Positions 9,670 through 16,736 of a stretch of DNA of 64,000 bases are shown here, in pieces; within the stretch, counting starts at the first letter, position 1, and every line of letters begins with the position of its first letter. The translations under genes were made by a program, and so were the position numbers. The notes under the pieces are model-generated. The model made no database searches, was not told the origin of the DNA, and saw nothing but the letters and a program-made list of their open reading frames with translations. This stretch comes from Chthoniobacterales bacterium (GTDB lineage Bacteria > Verrucomicrobiota > Verrucomicrobiia > Chthoniobacterales > Chthoniobacteraceae), in the NCBI GenBank assembly GCA_038207335.1, contig JBBQZX010000032.1, positions 1 to 64,000 on the forward strand, written 5' to 3'.

Positions 9670-10574
9670 AAGCTTACCGCATCCCCGCACGTCTGAATCT
9701 CTGCATCGCCGCAGCGCAACTCCTCGCCATGCTCGCGATGCTCTGGGCTGCCGGGCGCGCGACGAACTGGTGGGCCGTGGCGCTGCTCGCTCTCGGCTAC
9801 GGCGTGGTGATGAACTCCGCCTACGCGATGCTGCACGAGGCGGAGCACGGCATGCTGCACCCGCGGCACGGGGTGAACGATGCGGTCGGCACGGTGCTCG
9901 CGCTGTTTTTTCCCGCGCCGTTTCACCTGATCCGGCAGGGGCACATCGGACACCACATTCGCAATCGCAGCGACGATGAAGCGTTCGATTTGTATTTTGA
10001 AGACGAGAGCCGGTTTTGGAAATGCGTGCAGCTCTACGGCACGCTCACGGGACTTTTCTGGGTGCTCATTTTCATCACAAACGTCGTCGTCCTTTTCGTC
10101 CCGTCTCTCGCCGTGCCTGCGCGCATCAATCGGACGACGGACGCCTTTCTAGAATCGCTGAACCCGCGTTATCGGCGGCTCATTCAGGCGGAGGCACTCG
10201 CCGTCGTCGCGCTGCACGCGGGCCTCGTGTGGGCGTGGCACATTCCGCTCGCCCACTACTTCGCGGTGATGTTCAGCTTCGGCTTCCTGTGGTCGGCGAT
10301 GCAATACGCGCACCACTACGGCACCGAGCGCGATGTGCTGAAAGGCGCGCGCAATCTGCGGACCTTTCGCCTGCTCGACCTCGTCTGGCTGAACCACAAC
10401 TGGCATCGCAATCATCACGCGCAGCCGACCGTGCCGTGGGTGCATCTGCCACGGCTCGATGATTCGCGGGAGCCGCGGGGCAGCCTGCTCCTTGCGTACG
10501 GCAAAATGTGGCACGGTCCGCAGCCTGCGACAGAGCACGTCGAGAATCGTTTCGCGGGAAAGGTCATCCAATGA
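9666..10574 (+). CDS. Membrane fatty-acid desaturase family protein
   Basis: Three His boxes HEAEH, HIGHH, HRNHH plus TM segments. Confidence 0.9.
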   Translation: MKAYRIPARLNLCIAAAQLLAMLAMLWAAGRATNWWAVALLALGYGVVMNSAYAMLHEAEHGMLHPRHGVNDAVGTVLALFFPAPFHLIRQGHIGHHIRNRSDDEAFDLYFEDESRFWKCVQLYGTLTGLFWVLIFITNVVVLFVPSLAVPARINRTTDAFLESLNPRYRRLIQAEALAVVALHAGLVWAWHIPLAHYFAVMFSFGFLWSAMQYAHHYGTERDVLKGARNLRTFRLLDLVWLNHNWHRNHHAQPTVPWVHLPRLDDSREPRGSLLLAYGKMWHGPQPATEHVENRFAGKVIQ

Positions 10575-11557
10575 ACCGCGCGCCATCGGTTGACCTCTTC
10601 GCGCAATATCCGGCGTCGTGGTATCACTTCGGCGCAACTCGCGAACTCGCGCGAGGGCCGGTGTCGAAGCCGATGCTGGGTCGGCAGCTCGTGGCGTTTC
10701 GCGGGGAAAGCGGCACGCTCGCGGTGATGGATGCGCGGTGCTCTCACATGGGCGCGGACCTCGGCTGCGGACGCGTCGATGGTGAAGCGATCGTCTGCCC
10801 GTACCACAACTGGCGCTACAGCTCCGACGGCATCTGCACGCGCGCCCCGGGCGTCGAACACCCGCCGCGATTCGCGCGCCAGCAGACGTTCCCCGCAGTC
10901 GAGCGCCACGGATACGTGTTCTTTTTCAACGGCCCCGAACCGCTCTTTCCGCTCCCGTTTTTCCTCGGTGAAAATGCCGATGATTACGCCGCTGGCCACG
11001 TCTTCCGATACGTCGCGGATTGCTCGTGGTTCGTGAATTCCGCGCACGCTTTCGACCGGCAACACTTCGACGCAGTGCATGACCGGCGGCTCCTCGGGCC
11101 GCCGGAGATCGACGGTCCGGCGCCATTCGCGCGGCGCAATCGCTACCGCGCCGAAGTGCTCGGGCGCACACCGCTCGATCGCGTGCTGCGAATCGGGGCC
11201 GGCAAAATCGTCGAGATTTCACTGACCGTTTGGGGTGGCACTTTCGTCTGTATCACTGGCGATTTCGGGCGAACGCGCAGCCGCTTTTTCATGATCACGC
11301 GCCCGCTGGAAAACGGTCACACGCTTTGCGAAGGCATTGTCTTCGCCCCCAGCCCAGCAAACCCACTCGCGCTGTGGATGCGGCGATTTTTCACGCACGG
11401 CTATCTCGCCGACGAAGCGCAGCGCATCCGAGGGACGCGGTACGACGCGGCGCGTTTCGTCGAAGCCGACGCCGACATGATCGACTACTTCCACTGGCTC
11501 GTCGCGCTGCCCCAAGAGACCGCGACCACGCCGCAACCCGAACCCGCCCTCGCATGA
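10571..11557 (+). CDS. Rieske [2Fe-2S] non-heme iron oxygenase alpha subunit
   Basis: CSHMGADL...CPYHNW Rieske motif; DRQHFDAVH mononuclear iron motif. Confidence 0.9.
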   Translation: MNRAPSVDLFAQYPASWYHFGATRELARGPVSKPMLGRQLVAFRGESGTLAVMDARCSHMGADLGCGRVDGEAIVCPYHNWRYSSDGICTRAPGVEHPPRFARQQTFPAVERHGYVFFFNGPEPLFPLPFFLGENADDYAAGHVFRYVADCSWFVNSAHAFDRQHFDAVHDRRLLGPPEIDGPAPFARRNRYRAEVLGRTPLDRVLRIGAGKIVEISLTVWGGTFVCITGDFGRTRSRFFMITRPLENGHTLCEGIVFAPSPANPLALWMRRFFTHGYLADEAQRIRGTRYDAARFVEADADMIDYFHWLVALPQETATTPQPEPALA

Positions 11558-12132
11558 AAACCAGACTCCTCGCCACCGCACTCGCGTGCCTTTTCGCCAT
11601 CGTCGTCCACGCGGAGGAAGACCCCGCACACAACGAACTCCGCGCGGTGCGCGACGGTCTGCTTGCCGGCATGAACAGCGGCGACATCGACGCGCAACTC
11701 GCCTTTCTCCATCCCAACGTGGTCGTGACCTGGCACAACGCCGAGGTGAGCCGCGGGCGCGAGGGCGTCCGCAAATATCTCGACCGAATGCTCAACGGGT
11801 CGTCGAAGGTTGTGCAGAAATTCGGCGCAGAGGTGAAGGTGGACGAACTCAGCATCCTTTACGGCGGCGACACGGCCATCGCGTTCGGGAGCGCGCAGGA
11901 GCACTTCACTCTCGCGGCCGGACGCTCTTTCGACTTCACCGGACGCTGGTCCGCGACGCTCGTAAAGGACGGCGGCAAGTGGCTCGTCGCGAATCTGCAC
12001 ACGTCAGACAACATTTTCGACAACCCGTTGCTCAACGCGGCGACGAAAGCGCTTTGGTGGGCCGGCGGCGGCGCGTTGTTGGTTGGACTGTTCGGCGGCT
12101 GCCTGCTCGGGCGACGCGCTCGACGCGCGTGA
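11554..12132 (+). CDS. NTF2/SnoaL-like protein with signal peptide and C-terminal membrane anchor
   Basis: MKTRLLATALACLFAIVVHA signal; RWSATLVKDGGKWLVANLHTS NTF2-type end; TM helix followed by RRARRA. Confidence 0.8.
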   Translation: MKTRLLATALACLFAIVVHAEEDPAHNELRAVRDGLLAGMNSGDIDAQLAFLHPNVVVTWHNAEVSRGREGVRKYLDRMLNGSSKVVQKFGAEVKVDELSILYGGDTAIAFGSAQEHFTLAAGRSFDFTGRWSATLVKDGGKWLVANLHTSDNIFDNPLLNAATKALWWAGGGALLVGLFGGCLLGRRARRA

Positions 12133-12164
12133 CGCGCGTGACGCGCGTGACGCGCGTGACGCAC
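12122..12164 (+). repeat. Tandem 9-mer GACGCGCGT x4 spanning a stop/start overlap
   Basis: Four exact copies at 12122-12157 followed by gacgcac. Confidence 0.9.
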
Positions 12165-13103
12165 TTTTTTCCCGAGCCCGCAAACGGCGACGAACGCGAG
12201 CTTTTCCAGAGCATCGCGCGGTGGGATGGCCCGCGTGAACTCGCTGTACTGACGCCGGAAATGTTGCGCGAGCTGACCGCGCGACACGGCTGCGACTTCG
12301 CCACGGCGCTGCTGCATCGGCGCATCGTCGAGTCCGATGCGCATTCGCCATTTCTGCGTGAATTGCGTAACGAGCCGTCCTCAGCTCCGCCCCGGGACGT
12401 GCGCGTGGTCATCGTGCCCGGCGCATTTTACCGAGAGAATCCCCGCACCGGCGCAGACGGCCGCATCGCCCGCGAAGTGGCTTCCCAGCTTGATCTACCG
12501 GTCGTCGTCGCGCCGGTCTCAAGCACCGGCGGGCTCGCGGAGAATGCGCGCATCCTGGCCGAGTGGCTGACCACCCAGCGCGAAGAGCCGCTGATTCTCG
12601 TCTCGGTGAGCAAGGGCGGCAGCGACGTGAAGAGCGCGCTGGCTCGTCCCGACGCGGCTCGCGCGTTTGCGCGCGTGATCGGGTGGGTGAATCTCTGCGG
12701 CATCCTCGACGGCACGCCCATGGCCGACTGGCTGCTCTCCCCCGCCTTGCTCGCGCGGGCGAATCGCTTCGTCTATCGCATCCGCGGGCGCTCGCTGGAT
12801 TTCCTCGCGGACATGAGGCGCTATCCCGGTTGCCCGCTCGACTTCCCACTCGCGATTCCCGCCCATCTTCGCGCCATCCACGTCGTCGGCTTCCCGCTGC
12901 GGCGGCATCTTCGCAATGGTCTGGCTCGGCGATGCCACACGCGGCTCGCAGCGTTCGGACCAAACGACGGCTCCATCCTGCTCGCCGACGCGCCCCACTG
13001 GCCCGGTCAGCTCTGCCCCGTTTGGGGTGCTGACCACTACCTCCGCCCGCGCGCAGACGTGCGTCCACTGCTTGCCGCGCTGCTCCGTTCCCTCGCGACG
13101 TGA
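12129..13103 (+). CDS. Alpha/beta hydrolase-fold protein
   Basis: VIVPG oxyanion region, SVSKGG nucleophile elbow, NDG acid, ADH histidine. Confidence 0.75.
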   Translation: MTRVTRVTRVTHFFPEPANGDERELFQSIARWDGPRELAVLTPEMLRELTARHGCDFATALLHRRIVESDAHSPFLRELRNEPSSAPPRDVRVVIVPGAFYRENPRTGADGRIAREVASQLDLPVVVAPVSSTGGLAENARILAEWLTTQREEPLILVSVSKGGSDVKSALARPDAARAFARVIGWVNLCGILDGTPMADWLLSPALLARANRFVYRIRGRSLDFLADMRRYPGCPLDFPLAIPAHLRAIHVVGFPLRRHLRNGLARRCHTRLAAFGPNDGSILLADAPHWPGQLCPVWGADHYLRPRADVRPLLAALLRSLAT

Positions 13104-13768
13104 AGCATCCGTTCATCGCGTGGCCCGGCTGGCCGTTTCTTCGCTTCGCGTGGCTGCTCTCCGCGGCCAATGGCGTGTGGTTCGCCATCGTCTATGGCGG
13201 CTGCGACTGGCTCACCGCGCACCGCACCGTGCTCGTGCCGATCCATCTGCCTATCGAGCTTTCCATCCCGCTCGTTCCAAGCGCAGTGCTCGCCTACATG
13301 AGCATCTACCTTTTGTTTCTCGGCGGCCCTTTCATCGTCCGAGACCGACGGGAATTCGCAGCGTTAATATCCGCCCTCGCCCTCGCGACGCTCATCGGCG
13401 GCATCGGTTTTCTCCTCATTCCATCGCGAGCTGCGTTCGCTCCGCCCGGAGAACTCGGGATATGGAGCGGTCTCTTCCATTTCGCCGATCAACTCAACCT
13501 CGACTACAACATGGTTCCGTCCCTGCACGTCGCATTGTCTGTGTGCTGCACAGCCGTTTTTGCACGCCGTGCGTCGCAGCTTGGGCGCGTCCTGATGTGG
13601 ACTTGGGCCGGCACGATCGCACTCTCGACGCTGCTGACGCATCAGCATCACATCGTCGATGCCGTCACCGGCTGGGCCGTCGGAATTGTCTCCTATCGGG
13701 TCGCATGGTTGCGTATCGCGAAATGGAGAGTCTTAAAAGAGCGCAGGATTCCGCATTTATCAGCCTGA
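13100..13768 (+). CDS. PAP2 superfamily membrane phosphatase/phosphotransferase
   Basis: PSLHVA (C2) and HQHHIVD (C3) motifs with multiple TM helices. Confidence 0.85.
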   Translation: MKHPFIAWPGWPFLRFAWLLSAANGVWFAIVYGGCDWLTAHRTVLVPIHLPIELSIPLVPSAVLAYMSIYLLFLGGPFIVRDRREFAALISALALATLIGGIGFLLIPSRAAFAPPGELGIWSGLFHFADQLNLDYNMVPSLHVALSVCCTAVFARRASQLGRVLMWTWAGTIALSTLLTHQHHIVDAVTGWAVGIVSYRVAWLRIAKWRVLKERRIPHLSA

Positions 13769-13787
13769 TCCGCCCTTCGATTTCCGC
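13746..13787 (+). repeat. 42-bp diverged repeat, copy B
   Basis: GGATTCCGCATTTATCAGCCTGATCCGCCCTTCGATTTCCGC; contains the PAP2 stop codon; similarity to copy A extends about 40 bp further. Confidence 0.85.
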
Positions 13788-13902
13788 GTCGAGGGTGGAG
13801 GGATTAGCGCTCGTCTCAGATTCACGAACGGTCTTCCGATACCAACACGGGAAACGCCCACCGGCTCGGGGCCAGCGGGCGCTTGCGTTCCATCGGCTTT
13901 GC

Positions 13903-14442
13903 TCAGCTCTCGGGCAGATCGTCGAACAGGCCGGGTTGAAAGGGCTTCAACGCCTTCTGCTCTTCGCGGAAGAAGTCGGCCTTGGTCTTGCCCTTTCGCT
14001 TCCCCTTCAACCTGTGGCAGTCGAACGCATACTCCGGCACGTCCTCGCGGTCTGCGGCCAGTAGATCGGCGGCGAGTTTGTCGGCATCAAGACCCGCGCA
14101 TTTGTCATAGACGAAGTTTTGCAGGTGGTCGGCATCCCGGTTCTTCTTCGCCGCGCACAGGAGGATCACGGCCTTGCTGATGAAGATGCGGCCCTTGGCC
14201 TGCTTGGCCGGCACGTTGGCGTTCACAAGGGCGTAGCCATCATGGAGCGCCTTCACTTCCTGAGTGAGTATTCCCCAGCAATCTTCGGCTGAACTGTGAG
14301 CAGGCGCTTCCAGACATAGTTCCCATAACCACTGGCCCACACCTCCAAGGCCCAATAGCCCGCAAGGCGAGTGTCCCCGCGGCGAATGGCCTTCTGCATT
14401 GCCGAGGCCGAACTCATAGCCTCGTTTAGTTAGAAATCGCAT
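13903..14442 (-). pseudogene. RarA/MgsA C-terminal-like mobile-element gene, frameshifted (copy 1)
   Basis: MRFLTKRGYEF start preceded by TAAGGA; SAMQKAIRRGD in a shifted frame; EDCWG...KNRDADHL...PEYAFDCH. Confidence 0.65.
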
Positions 14443-14446
14443 GTCC

Positions 14447-15016
14447 TTATGGTCGTTCGCCGAGCACGTTGGGCCAAAAAGAAAGGAGGGTGTTGAGGGG
14501 TGCTTCGAGCGGTCGCGCGTTGATGGTAAAGACATAGCTTTCCCTCGTCGTCCGGCCCTCGCGGAGTCCAACCCCCTTGAGCAGCTCGTCCCACTTCGGC
14601 ACGCCGCCGTTCGCATCGCGCACAACCCCGACTGCGCCACCAACCCAATGATGAACACCAAACGGATAATTGCGCTGGAGCAGGCGTGGATCGCTGCTGA
14701 TGCCATCCGAACAGCCGCGCTTCGGCGCCGCGCGCGCTGTAGGCGGAGTTTTCAAGCATGGCGAGAGTCTCGTCGGTCGAGAGCTTGCGGAAGCGCAGCG
14801 ACACCATGCAAACGCAGGCCGTGATGTCGTCGTCGAGCATCACGATCACGTCCTCGGTAAAGCTCCGCAGAATCCAATTCCGCACCGCACTCACCCGCTC
14901 ACCGCATCGGGAATCGTCACCTTCACCAGCGGGACGTGCGCGTAGTCAGTCAGTTCGCTTTCCGGCACGACGAGCGTTGCGGTCGGGAGCAGGCGATGGC
15001 TGTTGATCGACCGCGG
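14447..15016 (-). pseudogene. GT-A fold glycosyltransferase remnant (TAGT/GREB1-like), multiply frameshifted
   Basis: TLVVPESELTDY / VRNWILRSFTEDVIVMLDDDI / SDPRLLQRNYPF..WVGGAVG segments read across frameshifts. Confidence 0.5.
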
Positions 15017-15173
15017 TTACAGTGAATGCTGAGTCACTCATTTTCGGCCTAGACCCGTGATCAGTTTGTGAATCTCGCTCTTTTATGCGCAAGCCGACTG
15101 ATGCGACGGCACCGGCGCACGGCCGCTGCGTTGCGCGGGAGCGACTCAGGCGGAAATGAGCCGGATCGGCTTT

Positions 15174-16568
15174 CTACGCCCCTACCAGCTCGCGGATCGG
15201 CACGCCGCTATCGGTCACGCTGCGCGGGCGGTTCAGCGGGTCGAGGAACTCTGCGTTGGGCGCGATGCCGAGCAGGTGAAAAATCGTGGCGGCGAGTTCC
15301 GGCGGGCGCACGGGATGCGCGTCGGGCACGCCGCCGATGCGGTCGCTCGCGCCGATAATTTGGCCCCCGCCGAGCCCAGCGCCCGCGAGGGCGACGGAGA
15401 AGCACGAACCCCAGTGATCGCGCCCGCCTTCGCCGTTGATCTTCGGCGAGCGACCGAATTCACCCATCGCGACGACAAGCGTTTCGTCGAGCAGCCCGCG
15501 CGTCGCGAGATCTTCGATGAGCGTGGCGAAGGTGCGGTCGAACTGCGGGCAGAGCACGTCGCGCACACGCTCCGCGTTGTTGCGGTGCGTGTCCCAAAGC
15601 GGACTGCCTTTGAGTTCCGCGGCGCCCTCGCGCGGCCAGTTTACTTGGACGAGCCGCGTGCCGGCCTCGATCAGCCGCCGCGCGAGCAGCACGCTCTGGC
15701 CAAATTTGTGCGGCCCGTAGGCCTCGCGCAGCGCAGGCGTTTCTCGCTCCATCTGGAACGCCGCACGGCTTGCATCGGAATGCAGAAGATCGAACGCCTT
15801 TTGATGCATCTGCCCCAACTCCGCGACCGCACCGCTTTGCGCGCCCGCGCGAAAATGCGCGTCGAACTGATGCAGCAAATCGAATCGCTCGGCAAGTCGC
15901 AGCGTCGTCATCTCTTCCGAAAGACTCATGCCCTCAATGTGCATCGGGATCTGCGTCGGGTCGCATTTCATCAGCATCGGATGCCACGGCGCGCCCATGA
16001 ATCCGCCGTTCTGGCACGGCCACAAAATGTTCCCGTCGTTCGCGAGCACCTCCGGCAGCACGACCGACGAGAGCGGCGACCGCGTGCTCGGCTTCAGTGC
16101 GCCGACGACCGACGCGATGCTCGGCCAATCCTGCGGCCCGGGCGGGACGTTCTCCGCTTTGCTCGCCGGCACGTAGCCCGAGAGCATGAAAGCGCCGCTC
16201 GTCGAGTGCGAGTGGATGTCCGTCGTCATCGAGCGGATGATCGCGAGCCGATGCGCGACGCGTGCGGAGTGCGGCAGTGTTTCGGAAAAATGTAGGCCAG
16301 GAACGCTCGTCGGGATCGATCGAAAATCACCGCGCACTTCGCGAGGTGCATCCGGCTTGGGATCCCAAGTCTCGTGCTGCGGCGGCCCGCCCGCGAGGAA
16401 AAGAATGATGCAGGATTTCGCCCGGCCAAAGCTCGCAGTTTTCCCGATTTCCGCCGCCATCGCCTGCTGCCTCCACAAGCCCGGCAGCGAAAGTCCGAGG
16501 CAACCTAGCCCGCCCACGCGCAGCCATTCTCGGCGCGTCAAGGATGGTCCGGGGCAGGCGTTATGCAT
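15174..16568 (-). CDS. DUF1501 domain protein with Tat-like RR signal
   Basis: LTRREWL; GGPPQHETWDPKP; ARRLIEAG; WDTH; GEFGRSP; GRDHW. Confidence 0.92.
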   Translation of the reverse strand: MHNACPGPSLTRREWLRVGGLGCLGLSLPGLWRQQAMAAEIGKTASFGRAKSCIILFLAGGPPQHETWDPKPDAPREVRGDFRSIPTSVPGLHFSETLPHSARVAHRLAIIRSMTTDIHSHSTSGAFMLSGYVPASKAENVPPGPQDWPSIASVVGALKPSTRSPLSSVVLPEVLANDGNILWPCQNGGFMGAPWHPMLMKCDPTQIPMHIEGMSLSEEMTTLRLAERFDLLHQFDAHFRAGAQSGAVAELGQMHQKAFDLLHSDASRAAFQMERETPALREAYGPHKFGQSVLLARRLIEAGTRLVQVNWPREGAAELKGSPLWDTHRNNAERVRDVLCPQFDRTFATLIEDLATRGLLDETLVVAMGEFGRSPKINGEGGRDHWGSCFSVALAGAGLGGGQIIGASDRIGGVPDAHPVRPPELAATIFHLLGIAPNAEFLDPLNRPRSVTDSGVPIRELVGA

Positions 16569-16736
16569 TGAGGGTTGCTAGTTGGACGATGGAGAATTTA
16601 GACGAAAACACGAATCGGTGTCCCGGCAGAAATCGTGGCGATCACGTTCTTCGGCACGCCGTCCAACAGGCGCTTCACCTCGCGCCGCCCGACGCTTCGT
16701 CCACCCGGGCCGCGATCGTGGATGGTGATCATGGCG

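Noticed and set aside
2492..13768. Interpretation as a RiPP or auxin-conjugation locus
   Set aside because: No precursor peptide, RRE/PqqD or SPASM domain seen; the GH3 name reflects plant homologs and does not indicate the substrate
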